DNA of 64,000 nt from Octopus vulgaris (taxonomy: Eukaryota). A program made the position numbers and the translations under genes. Positions 12,659 through 25,516 of this stretch are shown piece by piece. Position 1 is the first letter of the stretch; the number at the start of each line of letters is the position of its first letter. The stretch is taken from contig OX597830.1 in the NCBI GenBank assembly GCA_951406725.2, positions 63,488,001 to 63,552,000 on the forward strand, read 5' to 3'. The notes below the pieces were generated by a model. It saw only the letters and a program-made list of their open reading frames with translations, made no database searches and had not been told where the DNA came from.

Positions 12659-12935
12659 TATATGTAATTGTTAAACAGGATGTCAAACATTAAGGTAAGG
12701 CAAGCATCTAAAGTCAAATACAATATTTTTATGGGAAGAAATATTATTATATATGACTTAAGATGTTTGCCTTGCCTTAATGTTTGATGTCCTATTTAAC
12801 AATTACATATCCGCTGCATCGGAAATCTGCAATCATCTTGGCTATAACCTTGGAGCCCCAGTAATCCGTTACAGCACTTACCTAAGCATACCTAATCATT
12901 TAGATCAACTGTGAACTAAACCCCCATAGTTAGTA
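12659..12935. mobile_element. Hairpin-bearing repeat in (TA)n; second copy at 62068-62335
   Basis: About 60-bp inverted arms (12659-12720 / 12750-12810) plus a 3' extension shared by both copies. Confidence 0.75.
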
Positions 12936-12967
12936 TATATATATATAATATATTTATATATATAATA

Positions 12968-13012
<45 letters not shown>

Positions 13013-13271
13013 TATACTCTTTACTCTCTTTTTACTTGTTTCAGTCATTTGACTGTGGCCATGCTGGAGCAAATCAACCCCAGGACTTATTCTTTGTAAG
13101 CCCAGTACTTATTCTATTGGTCTCTTTTGCCGAACTGCTAAGTGACGGGGACGTAAACACACCAGCCCGAGGCTATAGTAGAAGACACTTGTCCAAGGTG
13201 CCACTCAATGGGACTGAACCCTGAACCATGTGGTTGGTAAGCAAGCTACTTACCACACAGCAACTCCTGCG

Positions 13272-13308
<37 letters not shown>

Positions 13309-13682
13309 TTATATGTATATATATATATATGTATATATATGTATATGTATATATACTTTATACATACATACATACATACACATCTTGTTGAGCAGTGTAT
13401 TTCTATGGCATGTACCTGATCAGGATGTTATTATTGGTTTTGCACTGACTTGTTCACTTGGTGATATTGATAAATCTTCAAACATGCTGGCCAGCTAACA
13501 TGTTCGAAAGGTCATCAATATTGCCAAGTGCAACACTTGGCATGAAACTGCCAGTAATGATCTGACCTGCTACATGCCATAACCAGTAAGATATTGTTTA
13601 AAAATAATAATAATATAACTGTGCTGTTTTGCTATTTCTCATATTGTGTATTTTTTCCCCAACTTGTAGACAACTAATTGTT

Positions 13683-13714
<32 letters not shown>

Positions 13715-13717
13715 TAA

Positions 13718-14652
13718 CTGCCATGCTACATGGCAGTGAAACATGGGCCATGAATACTGAGGACATGCGTAGGTTTGAAAGAAATGAAGCTAGTATGAAC
13801 TGCTGGATGTGTAATGTCAGTGTGCATACATGACAGAGTGTAAGTGCCCCTAAGAGAAAAGTTGGGCATAAGAAGCATCAAATGTGGTGTGCAAGAGAGG
13901 TGACTGCGCTGGTATGGTCATGTGTTATGTATGAATGAAGACAGCTGTGTGAGGAAGTGTCACTCCCTAACTGTAGAAGGAACCTGTGGAAGAGGTAGAC
14001 CCAGGAAGACATGGGATGAGGTGGTGAAGCATGACCTTCGAACACTGGGCCTCACAGAGAGGCAGTGACAGGAGACCAGGACCTTTGGAGATATGCTGTG
14101 ATTGAGCAGACCCGGCAACTAAAGTGAGATTGCAGCCATGTATATCCGGCCCTGTTAAGAATACCCCTAATGTGTCGAGCGATATGATATGCTTGAGAAG
14201 ACCTGTTGAGTCAAGTAAAACTAATACCATAGCTGGGGCCGGTGCCCCCTGACTGGCTCCTGTGCTGGTGGCACATAAAATGCACCATCCAAATGTGGTT
14301 GTTGCCAGGACCACCTGACTGGCTCCTGTGCTGGTGGCACGTAAAATGTACCAACTGATCATGACTGATGCCAGTACCCACTGACGGGCTCTTGTGCTGG
14401 TGGCATGTAAAAAGCACCATCCCAACGTGATCATTGCCAGGCACGCCTGACTGGCTCCTGTGCTGGTGGCATGTAAAAAGCACCCACTACATTCTTGGAG
14501 TGGTTGGTGTTAGGAAGGGTATCCAGCTGTAGAAACTTTGGCAGACCAGATTGGAGCCTGGTGTGACCTCCTGGCTCTCCAGACCTCAGTCAAACTGTCC
14601 AACTTATGCCAACATGGAAAACGGACGTTAATTTTTGATGATGATGATGATG
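13718..14652 (+). mobile_element. 5'-truncated RTE-clade LINE: ORF2 C-terminus, 3'UTR and (GAT)n tail
   Basis: Translation MLHGSETWA...LRWYGHV...GRGRPRKTWDEVVKHDL with stops; 3'UTR has 66-bp-period repeats, ttaggaaggg.atccagctgtagaaac and a (GAT)n tail. Tail-only copies occur at about 5780-5990, 15330-15620, 18660-18925, 29805-30480, 45200-45597, 50730-51130, 54700-54880, 60420-60585. Confidence 0.9.
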
Positions 14653-14658
14653 ACACAT

Positions 14659-14950
14659 GTGAAGGTCCATGGCTCAGTGGTTAGAGCATCGAACTTATGA
14701 TCATAAGGTTGTGAGTTCGAATCCCAGACCAGGCTGCGTGTTGGGTTCTTGAGCAAGACACTTCATTTCACGTTGCTCCAGTTCACTCAGCTTTAGAAAC
14801 AAGTTGTGATGTCACTGGTGCCAAGCTGTATCGGCCCCTTTGCCTTTCCCTTGGATAACATCGGTGGCATGGAGAATGGAGGCTGGTATGCATGGGTGAC
14901 TGCTGGCCTTCCATAAAAACAACCCTAGGTTGTGCATTCGCTGGTGAGGT
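14659..14950 (+). mobile_element. tRNA-derived CORE-like SINE family E
   Basis: TGGCTCAGTGG A-box, GAGTTCGAATCC B-box, gttcttgagcaagacac CORE-like motif; matches 55462-55751. Confidence 0.8.
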
Positions 14951-15284
14951 GACTTTCTGCCTCTGTCCATTAAATTCACTCATAAACCACTGGTTGACCC
15001 AGGGCTATAATAGTAGAGGGCATTTTGATGGAGCTGGGAAGAGAAAGAAAGTCGGTGGCGATGAGGTGTCAGGATGGGCTGTGGGGTGAAGAAGAAAAAC
15101 GGGGCAGGAGGCTGGATGGAAGTAGGAAGAGTACCTGACAGTGATACTCATTTATAATTATATTAGTCATCATCATCATCATCATCATCACTACCACCAC
15201 CACCACCATCATCATCCCCACCACCACCACCATCATCATTACCATCATCATCACCCCCACCACCATCATCATCACCATCATTAC

Positions 15285-15315
<31 letters not shown>

Positions 15316-16499
15316 GACATCATCATCATCATTTAACATCCTTTTTCCATACTGGTTTGGGTTGGACAGTTTGACTGGTGCTGGTAAGCCAGAGAGCTGC
15401 ATCAGGCTCCAGTCGTCTGTTTTGGGCATGGTTTCTGCATCCGGATGCCTTTCTTGATGCCAACCATTTTAGAGAGTGTACTGGGTGCCATTTATGTGGC
15501 ACTGGCATGGGTGCTATTACGTGGCACCAGTAGAAGTGCTTTTTATGTGGCATCGACACGTGTTCTCTATATGTGGTACTGGCCAGCATGGACGCTCTTT
15601 ATGTCACTCTGGCACAAGTGCTTCTTAAACGTATGTAAAAAAAAAACCCCCAAAAAACAAAAGAAAGAATAGAAAAACAGGATGAAAAAGGCAAAGGACA
15701 ATCAAATGACTCTATTGTCAAATCTTTTTGTAGCCTTCATGAATTGGTGGATCTTATTTATGATGGGTAAACCCTTAAGAGTGAATTGTATCTCCTACCT
15801 TGGTAGCTTTTTGAAGACCAGTTTTAAATACTTTCTGTATGTATCTCTCTCTCTCTCTCCCTCTCTCTCTCCCCTCACTGTTTTTTTGGCTCTCTCTCCT
15901 TCTCTCTTTTTCTCTCTCTCCTTTTTTTTGTTTTCTCTTTTTATTTCTACTTTTCTCTTTCATTCCACCTTCACCGCCACCCCCATCACAGATTGATGGT
16001 TTTTGCATTGATACAAGCCATGCCATAAACTTTCCAGATAGTGTCTACAAGAATATAAATCTAAGTCCATGTGAGCTGTTCGTGATGGAACGTAGTTTAA
16101 ACGAATACGGCCTCTTCGTAGCCAGCAAAATCTTTGTTTTTCTCTAACACAGATTCCATATCTGATACATTTTATACTTCACTAAAACTTGGTCTCAGTA
16201 ATGGAAGATTTAAAGTTTGATAGTTTATTTATTGATTCTTCCCAATATTTTTTCCACCCTTGACTGATTACGGTTTTACTAAGATCTTTGATTCACTTGC
16301 AGCAGATGTAAAATACCGATGAGAAAGATTTGGTTAGAGATTAGACGTCGCAACAGATAGTGTTGTATTTCACTAGACAGGTTGGTTTATTTCATTCCAT
16401 TTTCTTTCATTCCTTCTTTCTTTAGCTTTCTATTTATTTATTTATTTAATTATCCATTAAAAAAATATAGACTACTCTCAATGGAAATACTATATAAAT

Positions 16500-16754
16500 A
16501 AATAAATGCACCCTTTTAAAGCCTAGCCAGGCTCATGGGCCTGGTTTCCTGGTTTCTATGGCGTATGTGTTCCCCAGCAGGACGGAACGCCAGTCTGTCA
16601 TAGGATTACTCATTTTTGTCAGCCGAGTGAACTGGAGCAACGTGAAATGAAGTGTTTTGCTCAAGAACACAACACGTCGCCTGGTCCAGGAATCAAAACC
16701 ACAATCTTATGATCATGATGCTGACACCCTAACCACTAAGCCACGCGCCTCCAC
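16500..16754 (-). mobile_element. SINE with family E-like head and CORE but family C V-like tail
   Basis: Minus strand: tRNA head, gtgttcttgagcaaaacac, then the same 3' end (gaaaccaggcccatgagcctggctagg..aaaagggtgc) as 3282-3597. Confidence 0.75.
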
Positions 16755-17002
16755 ACGGAAATACTATAGAGATCAGTAAACAAATGATGGAAATATAAGA
16801 GAGACAGAAAAAAGGCTAAAATAGGGATTTGTAGCATAGGCATGTGATTCCAATATTTTGTGGAAAAGGCAAAGTTTAATCTTAACTGGTGCTGTATTTT
16901 TATTAACTCTGAAAGGACAAAGGACGACAAACAAAATTGACCCTTGGGAAATTTCAAACTAGAATCTAAAAGAACATTCTCACCACCATTATTATTGTTT
17001 AA

Positions 17003-17217
17003 CCCTTTAGCATTCTGATTATTCTGTCAAATGTAATGGTTATTTATTCCCATTTTGAATTAATCATGCATTATCTCATTGCTTTAAGACTTCAATAATG
17101 TGATTGTTTATTCTATAGAATGACATTGTAGGTGTGAGAGTCCAGATCTGGCGGCAGGTTTGAACGTAAAACAGGTTCAATATTTGAGCTGATTATGGCT
17201 GCTTTAAATGCTAAAGG
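17003..17217. mobile_element. piggyBac-like MITE
   Basis: TTAA-CCCTTTAGCATT ... AATGCTAAAGG termini; the right end abuts a family A SINE tail; partial copy at about 41630-41745. Confidence 0.65.
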
Positions 17218-17218
17218 A

Positions 17219-17710
17219 TACTCTTTTACTCTCTTTTACTCTTTTACTTGTTTCAGTCATTCAACTGCGGCCATGCTGGAGCACCGCCTTTAGTTGAGCA
17301 GATCGAGCCCAGGACTCATACTTTGCAAGCCTAGTACTTATTCTATCTGTCTCTTTTGCCGAACTGCTAAGTTACAGTGATGTAAGCACACCAGCATCGG
17401 TTGTCAAGCGATGTTGGGACAAGCGCATGCACACAAATATTTACACACACATACATATATATGATTTGCCTAATAGTGGTTTTATCTCTAATTTAATATA
17501 ATATATATATATATATATATATACACACGCACACATACATATATACAACAAGCTTCTTTCAGTTTCCGTCTACCAAATCCACTCATAAGGCTTTGGTCGG
17601 TCCGAGGCTATAGTAGAAGACACTTGCCCAAGGTGCCAATCAGTGGGACTGAACCTGGAACCATGTGGTTCATAAGCAAGCTACTTACCACACAGCCACT
17701 CCTACACCTA
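17219..17710 (-). mobile_element. SINE family A with expanded internal microsatellite
   Basis: Both halves match the family A consensus in reverse orientation. Confidence 0.9.
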
Positions 17711-18422
17711 AGATGTTAATGTCTTTTCTCAATATTGACATAGGTTGGATGGTTTAAATAGAACTGACAAGCAAGAGGACTGTGCCAAGCTCCAATGCCT
17801 TCTGTGATGTGGTTTCTGTAGCTGGATGTCCTTCTAAATGCCAGCCAGTTTACAGAGTGCATTGTGTGGTTTCTGCATGGCACCAGCACTAGTGAGGGTG
17901 ACATGTAGCTCACAAGACAAAACCTCCCGACTGAATGTTGAAATACGTTGCCTTTGTATCAATTAATTTCGAAGATACTAAAGAATTTAGTAAAATTATT
18001 TTGTCCTTATTAAGTTGATAAATGGAATTTTGAAGGACGGTTTTAAACTTAGATCATTTTAAACAAGAAATTTGTATCATAAAACCAGGTTTGGTTAAGG
18101 TGGGTTGATACCAAAATGGTTAAAATAACGATTCTTAACATTAGCAAACGGTTATGTATTTGTGATTAGGTTAGTCCACATTACTTTCTAAGGAGAATAG
18201 GGCCAGTTTCCTGGAAAATTGTACATAAAATTATGATGTTGATGATGTAGATATGAAGAAAGGTCCTGGACAAGACAACCAATGCTATCTCACTCTTAAA
18301 GATTTGGATTTTTCATGAAACATCTGGGTTACTGAATTTATATTTTATAAGAAGTTTGTAATGTGGGATTTTTTCATGCCTCAAACAAATAAATTCGTGA
18401 AAATAACTCACACATACACACA

Positions 18423-18623
18423 ACTCTTTTACTTGTTTCAGTCATTTGACTGTGGCCATGCTGGAGCACCGCCTATAGTCGAGGAAATAGACCCCAGGAC
18501 TTATTCTTTGTAAGCCTAGTGCTTATTCTATCGGTCTCTTTTGCTGAACTGCTAAGTTATAGGGACGTAAACACACCAGCATTGGTTGTCAAGCGATGTT
18601 GGAGGGGACAAACACAGGCACAC

Positions 18624-18659
<36 letters not shown>

Positions 18660-18924
18660 CATCATCATCATCATCATCATTTAGCGTCCGTTTTCCATGC
18701 TAGCATGGGTTGGACGGTTCAACTGGGGTCTGGGGAGCCCGAAGGCTGCACCAGGCCAGTCAGATCTGGCAGTGTTTCTACAGCTGGATGCCCTTCCTAA
18801 CGCCAACCACTCCGAGAGTGTAGTGGGTGATTTTATGTGCCACCGACACAGGTGCCAGACGAGGCTGGCGAACGGCCACGCTCGGATGGTGTTTTTATGT
18901 GCCACCGACACAGGTGCCAGGAGG

Positions 18925-18975
<51 letters not shown>

Positions 18976-19145
18976 TATATACGACGGGCTTCTTTCAGTT
19001 TCCGCCTACCAAATCCACTCACAAGGCTTTGGTTGGCCCAAGGCTATAATAGAAGACACTTGCCCAAGGTGCCATGCAGTGGGACTCAACCCGGAATCAT
19101 GTGGTTCATAAGCAAGCTACTTACCACACAGCCACTCCTATGCCT
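18423..19145 (-). mobile_element. SINE family A with an RTE 3' end inserted in its internal microsatellite
   Basis: SINE 3' half at 18423-18625, RTE tail at about 18660-18925, SINE 5' half at 18975-19145. Confidence 0.88.
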
Positions 19146-20744
19146 ATATATATATATATATATATAATCAAATGAATAATAACAGCTGTTTCTTATACAT
19201 TTTTTAATAGAAGAATGAGATTGTTATTCTATTACAAAAAACCGTAATCATCAGATGAAACATAATTTTACCACCAGTCGGACACCCTTAGAGTATACCA
19301 CCAATGTGCAATTTAATGTAACACATGCTTTTGACCAGTCCTGTAGGGTTGGTTTTCTCTGTGTACAAAATTGGAATATCTTATTTGATACTTACCAAAC
19401 ATAGGCCAGAACCGCAGGTTTATCAAACCCTACCTGGTGCATATCTTTTCAAGTAATTGATTCTATCTGAAACCTTATTTTACTATATATATACATATAT
19501 ATATAGTAAACAAATAAAAAAACAAAAAAATGAACATGAGGACATGCACAGGAAATGTATTAACTTGACACTTGGTGCAAGGAGAGAGCTTGGTGTTTTG
19601 AGCATAGCTCTTTGTCGGAAAGGAGAAAAGGAAAAGTTCAAAGAAGGAAAAGAAATTGCCAACAGCACATGTGTAGTTACATTGCTTAAGTGACTGGAAA
19701 TAGAAATATGAGCAAATGATCAGACAAAAGGAAGAGCACTGAACACATTTATTGAGAGTTACGTCTGTTGTTCAAAACAGTTTCATTCAAGTTCCATGCT
19801 ACTTTAAGTTTCAAAGCCCCAAGCAGACCCTTTCTTGTCAGGTTGATAAGAGTTTGAATGACCAGAGAGGTGCAGGAAGTCTAAGACGGCTTCCAATAGA
19901 CGGCTGCAATTGGTCAATATATATATATATAATCAGTTTGATAATACGTTGAAGATATTTGAATATTTATTTTCTCTTTGTAACTTTAGAATATAATTAA
20001 TTATATGGCCAGAGTGAAAGGAAGAGATATTGGGTGTGATGAGGGAAAGTGAGAGATGGAGAAACTAAGACAAATGGAGACTGATGGGTAGATAAAGAGA
20101 CAGAGTAAGAGTTAGAGGTAAATGAAATATGTGAGGGAGAGAAAGAAAGAGTAGGAGGTTAGGAAAGTGAAAGTAAGAATTTGATGTAAATAGGAGGGGA
20201 AAAGTGGAGAAGGAAGCGTAGAGCTGTGTAAGAAAGATTTTGACATCACCATGTCTTTAGTTATCCCATTCTCTATCTTTTTGAAGTGTATATTAGTAAA
20301 TAAGATAATGGCATAATCAATTGAAAAATGTTCCAGTAATCAAAGAGACTTCTTTAAAGGGAATTAGTTTGGATAGCCATATAATACTTTTTAAAGTGTG
20401 AGTTTTTAAAAAACAATCTCGTAATTCCATATTCCACCATTCTCTCATTTTCTCTCTAACTTTTTGAAGTTCATATTGAGTGAATGAAATAATGGTATGA
20501 CTAATTGAAAATCTCCATACTTCAGTATCCAAAGATACTTCTCAAAAGAGAATTAGTTCATATAGCCAGCTAATTCTTTATGAAATGTGAGTGTTTAAAA
20601 AATATGCATTTCAAAAAGCAATCAAATAATAAAGACTCCTTAACAGACTCTCAATTCCATAAGCCATCATCTTTCATGGCATAAAGACTCTTATACACAA
20701 CATCCACTTTTCCATGTTTGCTTGAGTCAGATGGAATTTTTTAA

Positions 20745-20966
20745 CCCTTTCGTTACCAACCCGGCTGAAACCGGCTCTGGCTCAGTAGAACAAATGTCTT
20801 GTTTTCATAAGTTTTGAATTAAAATCTTCCACCAAACTTTAGTCACAATTTATGCTCCTAACACTAACTGAATGATAACTAAGTTATTTTACTAAATCCT
20901 TTGTTAGATTTAAAATTAATTGAAAGAAACAAAGAACATCTCAAAATAAATACAGTAATGAAAGGG
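20745..20966. mobile_element. piggyBac-like MITE with TTAA TSD
   Basis: TTAA|CCCTTTCGTTAC ... GTAATGAAAGGG|TTAA; removing it restores the host repeat (gatggaattt..ggcagattttt). Confidence 0.85.
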
Positions 20967-21396
20967 TTAAGGCAGATTTTTCTACAGCTGGATGCTCTTT
21001 CTATCACCGACCTTCACTTGTTTTCCGAACAATGTTGTATTTCCTAATTTCTGGACATGTTTTCCTGGAAAGATTGGAAGCAAACTGCATCTATGAGAGT
21101 GGCACTTGATCCTCCTCCTTTAACATTCTCTTTCCATTATGGCATGGCCTGGACTGTTTGGCCAGAGCTGGGAATCTGCACCAGGTTCCAGTCTAATTTG
21201 GGTTGGTTTTTATAGCTAGACGTCCTTCCTAATGCCAACAACTTTACACTGAGTGCTGGATACTTTTAACATGGCACCGGCATGGGTGCTTCCTACATGG
21301 CACCAGCACAAGTGCTTCTTACTTGGATCTAGCCTGAGTGCTTTTTATGTGACACAAGCACAGGACTCATATGGACCAATCCCCTTCACCATTGTT

Positions 21397-21711
21397 TAAA
21401 ATTAAGAGGAATGACCACTAAAGTGGACACCTAATATGCTAAACATAGACGTCAAATCGCCATTACCACGAAGAATGTGTTCGCAAGAAAAATTTCAGCA
21501 AAATACCAAAATGTAAAAATGAGCAAGACAAATGAAAATATACGAAATAAAAAGGATTACCTACATATATTTTCATTTGTCGTGCTCATTTTTACATTTT
21601 GGCATTTTGCTGAGATTTTTCTCAAGAACACATTCTTCGTGGTAATGGCAATTTGACGTCTCTGTTTAGCATATTAGGTGTCAACTTTGGTGGTCATTCC
21701 TCTTAATTTTA
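21397..21711. repeat. Foldback / long inverted repeat
   Basis: Arms 21397-21542 and 21566-21711 are reverse complements with scattered mismatches; 23-nt spacer. Confidence 0.92.
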
Positions 21712-21879
21712 TGTATGTATGTATGTATGAATATGTAAATAAATTGTGCTATAGTAGATCCTTCATGCTTACAACAAATTTTGTTGTTCAGTCTTGGTGT
21801 TTGTTAATGTTCCTATTTTTCTACGAGTCACAACCTTATTACATTTGTATATAATTTGTCATCTATCACACTGAGTCAT

Positions 21880-22487
21880 GAAATGCAATCTCTTACTAGA
21901 AAAAAGCAAAATGATATATGCACAGCCATTCAGGGAATACTGGTTGGCAAATCTTGAACTTAAGGATCGGCTTCAGCGAAATAGAAATAATATAAAGAAG
22001 CTAGTTTTTGTAAATACTGCAACATTATTCTGAGAAATGCAAATAAATCCATGTTAATAAAACACAAGACTTTTGTCAAACCTAAGAAATGCTTTGATGT
22101 GGCTAAGCCTCATATTGATATTGCTCAATTCGTGGTGAGAGTAAGTCAATGGAGAGTGAACAAACAGCTGAACGTGAAACGCTTATTGCTGGCTGTTTTG
22201 GTGAACGTAACATTGCTTCTGCAAACATTGATCATCTTTTGAAGGGACGTATTAGCAAACATTTGTGACAGGAAAATTGCAGAAAAATTATCAATGGAAA
22301 GAACAAAATTTTCATCTGTAGGTACAGGCATGGCTGTGCGGTAAGAAGCTTGCTTCCCAACCACATGGTTCCAAGCTCAGTCCCACTGCATGGTACCTTA
22401 GAAATGTCTTCGACTCTAGCCTCTGGCTGACTAAAGCCTTGTGGGTGGGTTTGATAGATGGAAACTGAAAGAAGCCCGTCGTATATC

Positions 22488-22525
<38 letters not shown>

Positions 22526-22996
22526 TTTGTGTTTCCTCCCCCCCAACCACTGCTTAATAACCAGTTTTGTTGTGTTTACTTCCCTGTAATTTAGCAGTTC
22601 AGCAAAAGAGATTGATAGAATAAGTACTAGGCTTTTAAAAAATAAGTTCTGGGGGGCTTGATTTGTTCAACTAAAAAACCATACAACGTTGTACCCCAGC
22701 ATGGCCGCAGTCAAATGATTGAAACAAGTGAAAGATATCATTCAAGATGGAACAGACTTCCATGTTAAAAATAGCAAACAAAAGCCATTAAAAAAAGAAG
22801 AAAAAAAAAGAAGTAAATGGATATCTCTGCAAGTCACAAGAATCTTCTATCATAATTGCTGAAAGTGGAGACATTTTGGTTATTCAAATTTTGGCTATTG
22901 TTGTCAGTTACTTTGATTTGAATAAACATGATGTCAGAGATGCATTTTTAGACACTGTGGCTGAAAATGGAATGGCTCCCGGTCTTTGCAATGCCG
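21880..22996 (+). pseudogene. Decayed hAT-like transposase interrupted by a family A SINE (22319-22737)
   Basis: Fragments FCKYCNIILRNANKSMLIKH (BED-finger-like), CDRKIAEKLSMERTK and SIIIAESGDI...LAIVVSYFD (region of the first catalytic Asp). Confidence 0.7.
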
Positions 22997-23279
22997 ACAA
23001 ATCTATCTTTTGTTTCTTATCTTTTACCTCTTTCTGTCTTTGGCCGGCAGCTGTCCCGGGGGGTCACCTTGAAAGGTTTTAGTAAAATGAAATAAAATAA
23101 AATAAAATAAGATAAAATAAAATAAAATCAACGCAAGACTTATTTTTTATTAAGTCTGGTATGTACTCTGTCGGTCACTTTTACTAAAACATAAGTGGTT
23201 TTGTCAGCTCACTACCTTGGTGGTGGTGATGATGATGATGATGCTGTTGACGACGACAACAACGATGATGATGATAATG

Positions 23280-23749
23280 ATTCTTTCTACCATAAGCTCA
23301 AGGTCTGAAACATTGTAGGGGTTACTTGATTACATCAACCCCAATACTCAACTGGTACTTATTTTATTGAGCCTGAGTTGGGGTGCTGGGGGTGGAGCGA
23401 AAGGTTAAGTAAACCTTGGTGGCATTTGAACTCAATATGCAAAGAGCTTGAATAAATTACTGCAAAGCATTTTACCTGATACCCTAATTATTCTGCCAGC
23501 TATAATAATAATAATAATAATAATAATGATAATCCTTTCTTCTAAAGGCACAAGGCCTGAAATTTTGGGAGAGGGGGTAAGTTAATTACATCGACCCCTC
23601 CTCCAGTATTTCACTGGTACTTATTCTATTGACCTCAAAGGGATGAAAGGCAAAGTCAACCTCAGTGGAATTTGAACTCATAATGTAAAGATGCACAAAA
23701 TGCTGTTAAGCATTATGCCATTGTGCTAATGATTCTGCCAGCTCACCAT

Positions 23750-23825
<76 letters not shown>

Positions 23826-24580
23826 TGTGCTATAGGCACAAAGCCTGAAATTTTGTGGGGAGGGGACTAGTCGATTACATCAACCCCAGTACACAACTGG
23901 TACTTAATTTATCGAGCCCGAAAGGATGAAAGGCAAAGTTGACCTCGATGGAATTTGAACTCAGAATGTAGTAGCAGATGAAATACTGCTAAGCATTTCA
24001 ACCAGCGTGCTTAATGATTCTACCAGCTTGCTGCCTTAATAGTAATGATAATAATAATAATTATAATCTTTTCTACTCTAGGCACAAGGTTTGAAGTTTT
24101 GGGGGAGTGGGGTGGGCAGTCGATTAGATCGACTCCAGTATGCAACTGGTACTTAATTTATTGATCCCGAAAGGATGAAAAGCAAAGTTGACCTTGGACG
24201 AATTTGAACTCAGAATGTAAAGACAGACGAAATACCGCTCAGCATTTCACCCAGTATGCTAATTTCATCAACCCCAAAAGGGTGAGAGGTAAAAATTGAC
24301 CTTGGTAGAATTTGAACTCATGATATAAAGATGGACCAGTAAATGACTGGTACTTGAATTTATCAAATGCGAAAGTATGAATGGCAAAGTCGATCTTGGG
24401 TGGATTTGAACTCACAATGTAAAGAGTCAGAGCAAATGCTGCTAACATTTTGCCTGATGTGCTAATGATACTGCCAAGGCAGCCAGCAGTTTTGAGTGGA
24501 GGGAGGCTAGTCAATAGCAGTGATCCCTAGCATATAACTGGTACTTTTACTTTATTGACCTAGAAAGGGTGAAAGGCAAA
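23280..24580 (-). mobile_element. Head-to-tail array of at least 6 family B SINEs separated by (AAT)n
   Basis: Repeated ctggtactt..gaaaggcaaagt..gaatttgaactca motif. Confidence 0.88.
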
Positions 24581-24844
24581 AGTTATTGTAGAGGTGAATA
24601 ATTAATTAAAAAAAATAGTGTGTTGTCATTAATTAGCCAAAAGCGTTAAATACGACCATGCTTAAGATACAATGGATGTAGAAGCATTTAAAAACAAAAG
24701 GTAACCTCCCCCACACACTCACACGACAGAAAAATAACAATAAAGAGAAGAAAAGTAGGGGGGAACACCCCCAGCCATAATGTAATTAAAACTATGGATA
24801 TGTGTAGGAGTAGCGGGGGGAGGAGGAGAATGAGGACGGTGGTT

Positions 24845-24877
<33 letters not shown>

Positions 24878-25221
24878 GTGGTGGTGATGGTGTGGTCACT
24901 TTGAGGAGGGAAAGCTACGGCAAGGGAGAAGTTTATTGACTGAATTAAGCATTCTGTCGGATAATGCAACCACGGCTGGCTTTGTATTGTTAACGATAAT
25001 TTGCAACAACTGTAATTGTTTGGAAGGAGATATTTAAAACAAAAGCCGGACCAATGGATGGCTATTTTGTTTATTGTTTTATTGTTTTTGTTGTTTTCTT
25101 TTTTCGAGTGACCAAAAGAAAACACTGGAATTGTTTGCGTGTTTCTCATTAACTCTTGAAGCTTTGAGGTGTCTGTTCATGTCTCCAGTGGTTTCAATTC
25201 TATTGCTACTGCAGCTACCAT

Positions 25222-25257
<36 letters not shown>

Positions 25258-25476
25258 AATTTCTAGTACCACTGTCAGCACCACCACCATTACCACAGTA
25301 CCACCACGATGACGATCACCACTACTACTACTACTTCTAGTAACACCACCATCACCACTACTACCAACACCACCACCACCACAACCACTAATATTTCCCC
25401 CACCACCACCACCACTACTATAACTACTACTAATTCCACCACCACTGCTAGTACTACTATAGTACTATTACCACTG

Positions 25477-25516
<40 letters not shown>

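Noticed and set aside
14249-14485. CRISPR-like repeat-spacer pattern
   Set aside because: The spacers resemble each other, the array is inside a LINE 3'UTR, the DNA is eukaryotic and no cas genes are present.
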